Below are positions 1-10,300 of a stretch of DNA of 51,455 nucleotides, one piece after another. Location: assembly GCA_044229145.1 (NCBI GenBank), contig JBGATO010000026.1, positions 1-51,455 of the forward strand, in the 5' to 3' direction. The stretch's first letter is position 1. Every line of letters starts with the position of its first letter. Source of the stretch: Candidatus Eiseniibacteriota bacterium (GTDB taxonomy: Bacteria; Eisenbacteria; RBG-16-71-46; CAZEPH01). The notes beneath the pieces are model-generated. The model had not been told where the DNA came from and did no database searches. It worked only from the letters and a program-made list of their open reading frames with translations. The position numbers and the translations under genes are program-made.

Positions 1-595
1 GATCGGTCACCAACAATCGGAACGTGCCCTGCCCGAGCCGCGGCGCCACCGGCACCGGCGTCCCGAACATCGGCGCGATGTGGGCCGCGTCCCCGACCAT
101 CGCCGGCGCCGCCGCAAGTCGCTCCTGCACCATTTCCCACAACGCGCGCCCTTCGCCGGCATCCGTCTCGTATCCCTTGCCCTGGACGATGTTCTTCGAC
201 CACGAAGCGGGCACGGGAATCCACTGCGACCGCGGGAAGAAGAAGGGCGCGACGAGCAGGATGCAGCCGATCGCGTAGTCCTCGTGCAGCGCGGGGGAGA
301 GATGCCGGTACTTCGCGATGCGCTCGCGCATCTGCGAAAAACTCGCGGCGCCGTTCTTCTCGCCGAACGACTCCCACGCGAGGCTGATCGGCGCGAATGT
401 GAAGTGCCGAAAGAACCCGCCGCCGACGATGAAGTCGTCGGGGCTGTGCAGCTTGAACAGGAACGGCTCGCCGGGCGAGAGCGCGTGGAACGCGGTCTTG
501 CCCGAGGGCTTCCAGAAGTTGACTTCGTCGATCGCGGGAAGCCGGCGTAGATGTTCGAACCAGTCACGATCGGTGACCCCGACGAAGCACCGCAT
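1..595 (-). CDS. Putative restriction endonuclease, HNH-family N-terminal part (runs off the window edge; absent from ORF track)
   Basis: Manual translation from ATG 595 (AGGAG RBS upstream): MRCFVGVTDRDWFEHL...DEVNFWKPSG...PGEPFLFKLHSPDDFIVGGGFF...AWESFGEKNG...IGCILL...WSKNIVQGKGY...PRLGQGTFRLLVTD; open to position 1. The RLGQGxFR..V.D motif normally precedes an HNH domain, which lies outside the window. Confidence 0.8.
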   Translation of the reverse strand, partial: MRCFVGVTDRDWFEHLRRLPAIDEVNFWKPSGKTAFHALSPGEPFLFKLHSPDDFIVGGGFFRHFTFAPISLAWESFGEKNGAASFSQMRERIAKYRHLSPALHEDYAIGCILLVAPFFFPRSQWIPVPASWSKNIVQGKGYETDAGEGRALWEMVQERLAAAPAMVGDAAHIAPMFGTPVPVAPRLGQGTFRLLVTD

Positions 596-879
596 GGGGA
601 GACTTCTCCTGGAACCACGACGCCGGCCTTCGCGGGCGACCCGTCCTCGTGCGGGGTGATCGAAACCCCGTCGCACCTGGTACGTGACAGTAACGCGTCA
701 CCTCTGCGCGGGGGAACCTGAAATCTCGGGGGCCTGGGGGCGGATCTCACCGCGGGGGACGTCGCCGCGGTGCCGCGCATCGAGGTGCCGGCGCTTCCGC
801 GTCATGCCATGGGATGCGGCCGCCGCGCACGCCCCATGGTATGCTGCCACCGATGCCGGCTCGCCCCCGAGGACTTTCC

Positions 880-1104
880 ATGTCGTCCCGTTTCGACCGC
901 ACCGCCATGACCGCACGCGCCGCGGCGCTGGCGCGCTTCAACGAGTGGGAGGCGCGCCAGCGGTCGACGCTGTCCGCCGCCGATGCGGTGGCCGGCATCG
1001 GGTTCTTGTATGATCAGCTGCCGGCCGCTGCCCGCACGCGACCCGTCGACGTATCCGGAATCCGCGCGCTGCACCGCGCGCTCGCGATGCTGTCCCTCCG
1101 ATGA
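880..1104 (+). CDS. Small helical protein (74 aa), putative partner/antitoxin of downstream nucleotidyltransferase
   Basis: GAGGA RBS before ATG 880; ATGA overlap with next gene; alternative leaderless start at 853 after TGgTATGCT. Confidence 0.6.
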   Translation: MSSRFDRTAMTARAAALARFNEWEARQRSTLSAADAVAGIGFLYDQLPAAARTRPVDVSGIRALHRALAMLSLR

Positions 1105-1676
1105 CCGCGCAGGAGGCAGCTCTCGTCGCCGTGGCGCGGTTGTTCACGCGCCTGCACGTGCCGTACATGATCATCGGCGGCCAGGCGAATGCGATTTGGG
1201 GAGAGCCGCGCGCGACGCTCGTTGTCGACGTCACGGTGTGGGTGAGCGAGGCCGACCTCGCGACGATGGTTGCGCGCATCACCGAATCCTCGGCGCCCAT
1301 GGCGCCTGATCCCACGGCGTTCGCGCCGGAAACGCGCCTGTTGCCGGTCACGACGCCGGCCGGCGTGCGCGTCGATATCATCTTCGGGCAGCTGCCGTTC
1401 GAAGAAGAGGCAATCGGCCGCGCGGTGCCGCTGGAGATCGCGGGAGAAACGGTGCGCTACTGCGCCGCCGAGGATGTGATCCTGCACAAGATTCACTCGG
1501 CGCGGGCACGGGACCTCGACGACGCACGCGGCATCGCCCTGCGGCAGTTCGCCCGGCTCGATCGCGCCTATCTCGACCCGCGCGTCGACGAGTTGGCGGC
1601 GGCCCTCGACGCGCCGGAGATCGCGGAGCGCTGGGCCGCGTGGTGCGCGGAAGCGGCTGCGCCACCCGGCGCGTGA
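1101..1676 (+). CDS. Nucleotidyltransferase (DUF6036/AbiEii-like, Pol-beta fold)
   Basis: YMIIGGQA...GEPRAT.xVD, RVDII, AEDVILHK..SARARDLDD motifs typical of this family. Confidence 0.75.
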   Translation: MTAQEAALVAVARLFTRLHVPYMIIGGQANAIWGEPRATLVVDVTVWVSEADLATMVARITESSAPMAPDPTAFAPETRLLPVTTPAGVRVDIIFGQLPFEEEAIGRAVPLEIAGETVRYCAAEDVILHKIHSARARDLDDARGIALRQFARLDRAYLDPRVDELAAALDAPEIAERWAAWCAEAAAPPGA

Positions 1677-1943
1677 CCGGGGGAAATCCGTCACCCTCGC
1701 GAGCCATCCCTGCCCGCAGTCAGTCCGCTGAGTTTGATCGAGATTATCGGGTTTATCGCCGGCGGATAAGTTGACGAGTGTCTGAGGTCGGTTTCACCGC
1801 CAGCCGGAGGACCGGCCAACGGCCCTTGTCGATAGGCGCGGGTTGCACGCATGATCCCCCGGGCTCACGGAACAGCGAGCCCTTGCGGCCCCGCGCGGAA
1901 CGCTGCGCGTGGGCACGGTGTGGAACGCCGAACCGAGGCTCCC

Positions 1944-3002
1944 ATGTCTCCCAACATCTCCACCCGTCTCGCCTTCCTCGACCGCTACCTCACGCTCTGG
2001 ATCCTGGCCGCGATGGCGGCCGGCGTCGCGCTCGGCAGCGCGGTCCCCGGCATCGTCCCGCTGCTCAATCGCTTCAACGCGGGCACGACGTCGATTCCGA
2101 TCGCCATCGGCCTCATCCTCATGATGTACCCGCCGCTCGCCAAGGTGCGCTACGAGGAGATGGGCGGTGTGTTCCGCAACGTCCGCGTGTTGGCACTCTC
2201 GCTGGTGCAGAACTGGATCGTCGGGCCGGTGCTGATGTTCGCGCTGGCGGTGCTCTTCCTGCGCGACCGGCCGGAGTACATGGCGGGGCTGATCCTGATT
2301 GGCCTCGCGCGTTGCATCGCCATGGTGATCGTGTGGAACGACCTCGCGGGCGGCGATCGCGAATACTGCGCGGGCCTGGTCGCGCTCAACTCGATCTTCC
2401 AAGTGTTGCTCTACTCGGGCTACGCGTACGTTTTCCTGACGATCGTGCCGCGCTGGCTCGGGCTGGAGGGCGTCGTCGTCCACATCACGATGGGCGAGAT
2501 CGCGCGCAGCGTGGCGATCTACCTCGGCATCCCGTTCGCCGCCGGCGTGCTGACGCGCGCGGCGTTCCTGGCGACGAAGGGGCGCGCGTGGTTCGAGCGC
2601 GAGTTCGTGCCGCGCGTGAGTCCGCTCACGCTCATCGCACTGCTCTTCACGATCGTCGTGATGTTCTCGCTCAAGGGCGCCTACATCGTGCGGCTGCCGC
2701 TCGACGTGGCGCGGGTGGCGCTGCCGCTCATCGTGTACTTCGTCCTGATGTTTGCGGTGTCGGCGGTGATGAGTCGCCGCGCGGGGGCGACGTACGGCCA
2801 GGCGACGACGCTCAGTTTCACGGCGGCGTCGAACAACTTCGAGCTGGCGATCGCGGTGGCGATCGCGACGTTCGGGCTGGACTCGGGCGCGGCGTTCGCG
2901 GCGGTGATCGGGCCGCTGGTGGAGGTGCCGGTCCTCATCGCGTTGGTCAACGTGGCGCTGTGGATCGGACGGCGCTGGTATGCGACGGAGGCGCGGGCGT
3001 GA
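1944..3002 (+). CDS. acr3: ACR3 family arsenite efflux transporter
   Basis: [51 protein letters not shown] motifs; GAGG RBS before ATG 1944. Confidence 0.95.
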   Translation: MSPNISTRLAFLDRYLTLWILAAMAAGVALGSAVPGIVPLLNRFNAGTTSIPIAIGLILMMYPPLAKVRYEEMGGVFRNVRVLALSLVQNWIVGPVLMFALAVLFLRDRPEYMAGLILIGLARCIAMVIVWNDLAGGDREYCAGLVALNSIFQVLLYSGYAYVFLTIVPRWLGLEGVVVHITMGEIARSVAIYLGIPFAAGVLTRAAFLATKGRAWFEREFVPRVSPLTLIALLFTIVVMFSLKGAYIVRLPLDVARVALPLIVYFVLMFAVSAVMSRRAGATYGQATTLSFTAASNNFELAIAVAIATFGLDSGAAFAAVIGPLVEVPVLIALVNVALWIGRRWYATEARA

Positions 3003-3412
3003 AAGGCGTGTTGTTCTTGTGCGTGGCGAATTCGGCGCGCAGTCAGATGGCGGAAGGCCTGGCGCGCACGCTGGCGCCGGCCGGCGTGGCGGTGTACTCG
3101 GCGGGCTCGCAGCCGACGCGCGTGCGGCCGGAGGCGATCGCGGTGCTGGCGGAGATCGGCATCGACATCTCGAGCCACCGCTCGAAGGCGGTGGGGGAGA
3201 TCGCGCCGGAGCTGGTCGACACGGTCATCACGTTGTGCGCGGAGGAAGAGTGCCCGGTGTTCCTCGGCACGGCGCGCCGCCTGCATTGGGGCCTGCCGGA
3301 CCCGGCGGCGGTGACGGGAGACGACGGAGCGCGCCTCGCGGCCTTCCGCGCCACCCGCGACGAGCTGCGCCGACGGCTCCGGGAGTTCTTCGCGGCGGCG
3401 CCGCCGGACTAG
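2999..3412 (+). CDS. arsC: Arsenate reductase (LMW-PTP, thioredoxin-coupled type)
   Basis: [17 protein letters not shown]-loop, TLC..EECP, HWGLPDP; GTGA overlap with acr3 stop. Confidence 0.93.
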   Translation: MKGVLFLCVANSARSQMAEGLARTLAPAGVAVYSAGSQPTRVRPEAIAVLAEIGIDISSHRSKAVGEIAPELVDTVITLCAEEECPVFLGTARRLHWGLPDPAAVTGDDGARLAAFRATRDELRRRLREFFAAAPPD

Positions 3413-3502
3413 AGCCACCGCGGTGGGCGCGTCGTACCTCCGTGGTCCCATCTCACGATTCGCCCGTCGCATCGCGTGGCGGAGCCGCCGCGCAGATGAG
3501 CG

Positions 3503-3531
3503 TTGACTCCCTGGTCGCAGAGGCCGATATT
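3503..3531 (+). promoter_or_regulatory. Putative sigma70 promoter of copper operon (leaderless start at 3538)
   Basis: TTGACT-N17-GATATT, ATG 6 nt later, no SD. Confidence 0.45.
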
Positions 3532-3537
3532 CGTTCC

Positions 3538-3954
3538 ATGGTCCGCCGTCGTCCCACACGTGGCCGTGCGTCGCGCCGAGGTCTCCACCTCGTCGTGCTG
3601 TGGGCGGTCATGGTGTTCGGTTACTTGTGTCCGGTGCGGTGCATGCCGGAGATGGCCGGGGCGCGTCCGGCGGCGGCCGCGATGAGTCACGACGCGGCGG
3701 CGGGCGCGCACGACTGCTGTCACGGCCGCGGCGAAGCCTCGCCGCGCAGTGGCGACGGATGCCGTGACTCGCGCCTGTGTTGTTCGAGTTGGAATACCGA
3801 GCCGGCGCCTGCGCCGGTTCCCGCGCCCGAGATGGCGGCCCCGGCCGCCGAACCTGAGTTTTCCGCGGCGCCTGTGGTCGTGGCACTCGCGGCCACCTTC
3901 GCGCCGGTTCCCGCCGAATCTCCGCCGCATCGCAGTTCCATCCTTCGACTCTGA
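3538..3954 (+). CDS. Cys/His/Pro-rich leader protein (DUF2946/CutF-like) preceding copper efflux operon
   Basis: Basic N-terminus, hydrophobic stretch, CPVRC, HDCCH, CC, Pro/Ala-rich linker, C-terminal ESPPHRSSILRL. Confidence 0.65.
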   Translation: MVRRRPTRGRASRRGLHLVVLWAVMVFGYLCPVRCMPEMAGARPAAAAMSHDAAAGAHDCCHGRGEASPRSGDGCRDSRLCCSSWNTEPAPAPVPAPEMAAPAAEPEFSAAPVVVALAATFAPVPAESPPHRSSILRL

Positions 3955-4085
3955 GTTGAGCCACGCTTCGGCGGCGGCGCGTCATCACGCGTCCGCGGCG
4001 CCGGAGCACGTTCCGCATTTGGTGTGATGCGCCGTGGGCGATGTGCGCCCGGCGCGGTTGTACACCCGTTGGAACGGAGGTTCAC

Positions 4086-4436
4086 ATGAAGCGCAGTCTG
4101 TCCCTCATCCTCCTCGTCGCGACGATCGCCGTCGCAACGTCCGCCGTCGCGGCACCGAAGCCTCCGCGCGCGGTGCGAACAGTCGCCCTCGCGGTCACCG
4201 CGAATGGCTTCGAGCCGGCATCGGTGCGCTTCAAGGCCGGCGAACCGGTGAAGTTGGTGGTGACGCGCAAAGTCGAGCGCACCTGCGCGACCGACATCGT
4301 CATCGCGTCGCTCGGCATCAAGAAGGCGTTGCCGCTCAACAAGCCGGTGGCGATCCGTTTCACGCCGAAGACGCCGGGCACCATCCGCTACGCCTGTGCG
4401 ATGGACATGATCGCCGGCTCGATGATCGTCGAATAG
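4086..4436 (+). CDS. Secreted cupredoxin-like copper-binding protein
   Basis: Signal peptide; GFEP...AGEPV, TCA, YACAMDM..G motif; GGAGG RBS. Confidence 0.88.
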   Translation: MKRSLSLILLVATIAVATSAVAAPKPPRAVRTVALAVTANGFEPASVRFKAGEPVKLVVTRKVERTCATDIVIASLGIKKALPLNKPVAIRFTPKTPGTIRYACAMDMIAGSMIVE

Positions 4437-4446
4437 CGAGGATCTC

Positions 4447-5877
4447 ATGGTCGCGAAGGAGTGGAGGAGTCGCGTGCTGCGAGGCGCGCGGCGGTGGGCG
4501 CGGGGGAGTCTCGCGCTGCTGGCGCTGAGCGTGGCGCCGGCGTGTGCGGCGGATCTGCGCGACGATCCGGCGCTGGTGGCGCTGCTGCGCGATGCGCTGG
4601 CCGCGCGTCCGGGATTGCAGCGGGCGCATGCGGAAGCGGATGCGGCGGCGCTGCGCGTGCAGCAGCAAGGCGCGTTGCCGGATCCGGTGCTTGCCTTCGG
4701 CATCCAGAACGATGGATTCCGCCGCCTGCAAATCGGCCAGATGGAAACCAGCTACTGGTCGGTGGTGCTCGGACAAACGATTCCGTGGTTCGGCAAGCGC
4801 GGCGCCCGCACGCGGGTGGAGGAGTTTGGCGCGCGGCAGGCGGGCACGGTGGTGGATCGCGCGCGGCTCAGCCTGGAAGCGGAGGTCGAGCGCGCGTATC
4901 TCGACCTGGTGCTGGTACGCGAGCAAGCGCGGGTGGTGGCCGAGCAGGAATCGCTGTGGGCGCGCGCCGAGCAGATGACGCGCGTCCGTTACGAAGCCGG
5001 CGAGGGCGCGCAGTCCGATGTGTTGCGCGCGGGGCTCGAGCGCGCGCGGTTGCGCCAGAAGCGCTGGAGTCTCGAGGCGGAGCAACGGCGTCAGGTCTTG
5101 GCGGTCAACCTCGCCGCGGGGCGGCCGCTCGAGCAGCCGGTGGAGACGTCGATGTCGCTCGCGGCGCTCGGCGATCCGCCGCTGACGGATTCGGCGTCGG
5201 CGGACTCGGCGGCGCGCGCGCGCAGTCCTGAGCTGGCGCGGGCGCGTGCGGAGGCGGCGCAGGCGCAGGCGCGGGTGGCGCTGGCACGCAAGGATCTGTA
5301 TCCGGATCTCACGCTGACGGCGGGCGTGATGCCGCGCGGCGGCAGCTTCGAGCCGATGTGGCAAGCGGGCGTGTCTCTGTCGCTGCCGCTGTGGGCGGGG
5401 CGCAAGCAGTCGGCCGCGGTGGCGGAGAGCCGATTGCGCGACGATGCCGCGCAGCATGGCGTGGAGGAAATGAGCCGGCTGGTGTGGCAGCGCGTGGCGG
5501 AGCGCCGTGCAGTGCTCGGCGCTTTGCGTGACGTCACGCAGGCGTATCGCACCAGCGTGCTGATTCAGTCCGAGGCGACGGTGGCGAGCACACTGTCGCA
5601 GTATCAAGTCGGTCAGGTGCCATTCACCGCGGTGCTCGATGCGCTGAACGGCTATCTCGGCGACCGCCTCGGCTACGACGACGCGGTGGCGGAAGCGCAC
5701 CGGCTGGCGATCGCCGAGCGCGAAGTGAGTCTCGACCCGGCCGCCGCGGTGAGCGCGGGCGGTGCGGGTGGCGCGATGGGCGCGGGCAGTGCGGCAGGCG
5801 GCCTGGGCGCGCCCGCCGCGGGCGCCGCGCCGGCGGGCGCCGCGCCGGCGTCGTCGTCGCCCATGACCCGGAGGTAG
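4447..5877 (+). CDS. TolC/CusC-family outer-membrane efflux protein
   Basis: ALPDP, Q.IPWFGKRG, YPDL.L, SLPLW motifs; helical repeats; operon context; Gly/Ala tail. Confidence 0.9.
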   Translation: MVAKEWRSRVLRGARRWARGSLALLALSVAPACAADLRDDPALVALLRDALAARPGLQRAHAEADAAALRVQQQGALPDPVLAFGIQNDGFRRLQIGQMETSYWSVVLGQTIPWFGKRGARTRVEEFGARQAGTVVDRARLSLEAEVERAYLDLVLVREQARVVAEQESLWARAEQMTRVRYEAGEGAQSDVLRAGLERARLRQKRWSLEAEQRRQVLAVNLAAGRPLEQPVETSMSLAALGDPPLTDSASADSAARARSPELARARAEAAQAQARVALARKDLYPDLTLTAGVMPRGGSFEPMWQAGVSLSLPLWAGRKQSAAVAESRLRDDAAQHGVEEMSRLVWQRVAERRAVLGALRDVTQAYRTSVLIQSEATVASTLSQYQVGQVPFTAVLDALNGYLGDRLGYDDAVAEAHRLAIAEREVSLDPAAAVSAGGAGGAMGAGSAAGGLGAPAAGAAPAGAAPASSSPMTRR

Positions 5878-5892
5878 GCGGAAGGAGCGAAG

Positions 5893-7326
5893 ATGAACGT
5901 GCAGATGCCGGAGGCGAGTGGGACGGGCCGCGCGCGCACCTCGCGTGGCGTGCCGTGGGCGATGGTGGCCGTGGTGGTGGTGCTCGCCGGTGCGGGTGGT
6001 GTGGTGCTCGACCGCGCGATGCTGCACCGCACGCCGGCCCCGGCCACGACGACATCGCGCCCCGCGGCCCCGTTGTATCAGTGCCCGATGCATCCGACCA
6101 TCACCGCCGATCACCCGGGCGATTGTCCGATCTGCGGCATGAAGCTGGTCGAAGTGAAGGCGGCGACGGCCGACACGGCGCGCCACGTGCTCTTCTACCG
6201 CTCGCCGATGGATCCGCGGCACACCTCGCCGACGCCGCGCAAGGACGAGATGGGCATGGACTACGTGCCGGTCTACGCGGGCGACGCGCCGGGCAGCGGC
6301 GGGGTGGTCGACGGCCGCACGACGGTGACCATCGACCCGGCGCGCCAGCAACTCATCGGGCTGCGCACGGCGGTGGTCGAGCGCGGCCCGGTGTCGGGCA
6401 GTTGGCGCACGGTGGGCCGCGTCGAGGTGGATCCGACGCGCGTGCGCAAGACCAACATCAAGGTCGATGGCTATATCGACCAGCTCTATGTCGACTTCGT
6501 CGGCCGCGCGGTGTCGGCGGGGCAGCCGTTGTTCTCGATCTACAGTCCGGCGCTGTTCGCGGCGGAGAACGAGTACATCCTGGCGCTGCGGACGCACGAA
6601 TCGTTGATGGCCGCGGGGGCGAAGGACGACGATGGCGCCGCGCTGGTCGGGGCGGCGCGGCGCAAGCTGCAACTGTGGGACGTCCCGGCCGCGGAGATCG
6701 CGCGGCTGGAACGCACGCGCACCGCGGCCAAGGCGCTTACGTTCGTGTCGCCGATCGGCGGCATCGTCACCGCGAAGTCGGTGGTGCAGGGATCGAGCGT
6801 GCGCGCCGGCGACACGCCGTTCGAGATCACCGATCTCGGCGAAGTGTGGGTGATGGCCGACGCGTACGAGGGCGACCTGGCGGACGTCGCGGTGGGCGCG
6901 CCGGCGTCATTCACCTTGAGCGCCTTCCCGGGCCGCGTCTTCCGCGGCCGTGTCGACTTCATCGACCCGCTGCTCGACGCGGCGACCCGCACGGCGAAGG
7001 TCCACATGCACTTCGCCAATGGCGGCCGGGAGCTCAAGCCGGAGATGTTCGGCGAGGTGACGCTGGAGCGGCCGCATCACACCGGGTTGCGCATTCCCGC
7101 CGACGCGGTGATTCACGCCGGTACGCAGGATGTCGTCTTCATCGCGCTGGGCGACGGCAAGTTCGAACCGCGCGTGGTGGAGACGGGTTTCCCGAGCGGC
7201 AGCTTGGTGGAGATTCGCCACGGACTCGAGGCCGGCGAGCAGGTGGTGACACGCGCCAACTTCCTCATCGACTCGGAATCGCAACTGCGTGCGTCGTTGG
7301 CCTCGATGGCGGAGAAGACGCCATGA
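5893..7326 (+). CDS. cusB: CusB-type RND periplasmic adaptor with heavy-metal-binding domains
   Basis: YQCPMHP...CPICGMKL and YRSPMDP...KDEMGMDYVP motifs; LKPEMFG; FLIDSESQL. Confidence 0.92.
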   Translation: MNVQMPEASGTGRARTSRGVPWAMVAVVVVLAGAGGVVLDRAMLHRTPAPATTTSRPAAPLYQCPMHPTITADHPGDCPICGMKLVEVKAATADTARHVLFYRSPMDPRHTSPTPRKDEMGMDYVPVYAGDAPGSGGVVDGRTTVTIDPARQQLIGLRTAVVERGPVSGSWRTVGRVEVDPTRVRKTNIKVDGYIDQLYVDFVGRAVSAGQPLFSIYSPALFAAENEYILALRTHESLMAAGAKDDDGAALVGAARRKLQLWDVPAAEIARLERTRTAAKALTFVSPIGGIVTAKSVVQGSSVRAGDTPFEITDLGEVWVMADAYEGDLADVAVGAPASFTLSAFPGRVFRGRVDFIDPLLDAATRTAKVHMHFANGGRELKPEMFGEVTLERPHHTGLRIPADAVIHAGTQDVVFIALGDGKFEPRVVETGFPSGSLVEIRHGLEAGEQVVTRANFLIDSESQLRASLASMAEKTP

Positions 7327-10300
7327 TCCGCGCGATCATTCGCTTCTCGGCGGAGAACAAATATCTCGTCATCGCGGCGACGCTGGCGGCACTCGCCGTC
7401 GCATTCTGGACGATGCAGCGCATCCCGCTCGACGCACTGCCGGATCTCTCGGACACGCAGGTCATCGTCTACTCGCGCTGGGACCGCAGCCCCGACATCA
7501 TCGAGGACCAGGTCACCTATCCGATCATCACCTCGCTGCTCGGCGCGCCGAAGGTCAAAGCGATCCGTGGCTTCTCGGACTTCGGCTACAGTTATGTGTA
7601 CGTGGTCTTCCAGGACGGCACAGACATCTACTGGGCACGCTCACGCGTTCTCGAATATTTGTCGAAGATTCAGTCGCGGCTGCCGGCCGATGTGAAGACG
7701 GAGCTCGGGCCCGACGCGACGAGTCTCGGCTGGGTGTTCCAATACGCGCTCGTCGACAAATCTGGCCGTCACACCAACGACGAGTTGCGATCGTATCAGG
7801 ATTGGTTCCTGCGCTATGCCTTGCAGAGTGTGCCGGGCGTCTCCGAGATCGCGACGGTCGGCGGCCAAGTGCGGCAATACCAGATCACGGTCAATCCCGC
7901 GAAGCTGGCGGCGTACGGCCTGCCGCTGAGCGCCGTCGTCAACGCGGTGCGCAGCGGCAACAACGATGTCGGCGGGCGCTTGGTGGAGGTCTCGGGGCGC
8001 GAGTACATGGTGCGCGGCCGCGGCTACGTGAAATCGCCGGCCGATCTCGAGAAGTTGGTGCTGAAAACCGCCGGCGGCACCCCGATCCAGGTCAAGGATG
8101 TCGGCACCGTCGCGCTTGGGCCGGAGATGCGGCGTGGCATCGCCGACTACAACGGCCAGGGCGATGTGGTGGGCGGCATCGTCGTCATGCGCCAAGGCGA
8201 GAATGCGCTGCAAGTCATCGACCGCGTGAAGGCGAAGCTTGCCGATCTCCAGCCCTCACTTCCGGCAGGCGTCGAGGTGGTTACCACCTACGACCGCTCC
8301 GAGCTCATCGACCGCGCGATCAACACGGTGAAGTCCAAGATCCTCGAGGAAATCGTCATCGTCTCGTGCGTGATCTTGCTCTTCCTGTGGCACATCCCGT
8401 CGGCCACCGTGCCCATCCTCACCATTCCGGTGAGCGTCGCGCTCGCCTTCATCCCGATGTACGTGATGGGCCTCAACGTCAATCTGCTGTCGATGGCCGG
8501 CATCGCGATCTCCATCGGCGTCCTGGTGGACGGCGCGATCATCGAAGTCGAGAACGCCTACAACAAGATTCACCGCTGGCATGCCGACGGCAAGCCGGGC
8601 GACTTCCATCAGGTCCGTCTGGAGGCGCTGCTCGAGGTCGGGCCGTCGGTGTTCTTCTCGCTCCTAGTGATTGCGGTGGCGTTCATGCCGGTGTTCACGC
8701 TGGTGGATCAGGAAGGCCGCCTGTTCAAGCCGCTGGCGTACTCGAAGAACCTGGCGATGGCGATCGCCGCTCTGCTGGCGATCACGTTCAATCCGGCGAC
8801 CCGCATGTTGTTCGCGCGCAGCGAACCCTTCACCTTCCGCCCGCGGTGGCTGGCGTGGCTGCTCACGCAGCTGTTCGTCGGCCGTTACCACGCGGAGGAA
8901 GCGCATCCGATCAGCCGCGTCTTGCACCGTGTGTACGAGGGGCCGTGCCGCTTCGTGGTCAAGCACGCGCGCGCGACGGTGATCGCCAGCGTGTTGTTGG
9001 TGCTCTCGGCGATTCCCGTGTATCTCTCGCTCGGTTCCGAATTCATGCCGCCGCTGCAAGAAGGTTCGCTGCTGTACATGCCCTCCGCCGTGCAGCCGGG
9101 GATGTCGGTGGCCGAGGCGCAGAAGGCGCTGCAGGTGCAGGACAAGCTGCTGCTCACGTTCCCCGAGGTGGAGCGCATTTTCGGCAAGGCGGGACGCGCC
9201 GACACGCCCACCGATCCGGCCCCATTCTCGATGATGGAGACGACGATCCTGCTCAAGCCAGAGAGCCAGTGGCGCGAGCGGCATCGGTGGTACTCGAGTT
9301 GGGCGCCGGAGTGGCTGAAGCGGCCGCTGCGCTCTTTCTGGCGCGACCGCATCACCGAGGAACAGCTCGTCGACGAAATGAACGCGGCGCTGCAATTGCC
9401 CGGCATCAGCAACGCGTGGACGATGCCGATCAAGGCGCGCATCGACATGCTCTCCACCGGCATTCGCACACCGGTCGGCATCAAGATCAGCGGCGCGAGC
9501 CTCGACGAAATCCAAAAGGTCGCGCTGTCGATCGAGTCGCGCCTGCAGAAGGTGCCGGGCACCCGCAGCGTCTACGCCGAACGCGTGGCCGGTGGCTACT
9601 TCCTCGACTACGTGCTCGACCGCGACAAGCTGGCGCGCCACGGCCTCTCGGTGGACGACGCCAACATGATGGTGATGACCGCGGTGGGCGGCGACAATCA
9701 AACCACCACGGTCGAAGGACGCGAGCGCTATGGCGTCAACGTCCGTTACGCGCGCGACTTCCGCGAGGACCTCGATGCGTTGCGCCGCGTCCTGCTGCCG
9801 CTGCCGAACGGGCAAGGCCAGATTCCGATGTCGGAGATCGCCGACGTGCGTTTGGTCGAAGGCCCGTCGATGATCCGCGACGAAAATGGCTTGCTCTCCG
9901 GCTATGTGTACGTCGACTTCGACGTCACCAAGACCGACGTCGGCCGTTACGTCGATCATGCCAAGCACGCGGTGGCGCGCGACGTCAAGATTCCAACCGG
10001 CTACGCGGTCACCTGGAGCGGTCAGTACGAGAACATGATCCGCGTCAAGGAGCGGCTCAAGTTCATCGTGCCACTGACGCTGCTTCTCATCTTCGGCTTG
10101 CTGTATCTCAACACCAAGTCGGCGTTCAAGGCCGGGATCGTGATGCTCGCGGTGCCGTTCTCCATGATCGGCGCGATCTGGCTGCTGTGGGCGCTGCACT
10201 ACAACGTGTCGATCGCGGTGTGGGTCGGAATGATCGCGCTCGCGGGTCTGGACGCCGAAACCGGCGTGTTCATGCTGCTGTTCCTCGACCTCGCGCACGA

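Noticed and set aside
640..700. GGGGTTTCGATCACCCC hairpin (minus strand) resembling a tRNA T-arm or att remnant
   Set aside because: No exact TTCGA T-loop geometry, no cloverleaf, no CCA and no integrase nearby.
7..780. 257-aa minus-strand ORF and overlapping plus-strand ORFs in the track
   Set aside because: Arg/Ser-rich shadow frames; the real gene is in another minus frame starting at 595.
1778..7322. Apparent N-terminal extensions of arsC (from 1778), the leader ORF (from 2980) and cusA (from 5955)
   Set aside because: Artefacts of stop-free frames; real starts are at 2999 and 7323 (overlapping upstream stops) and 3538.
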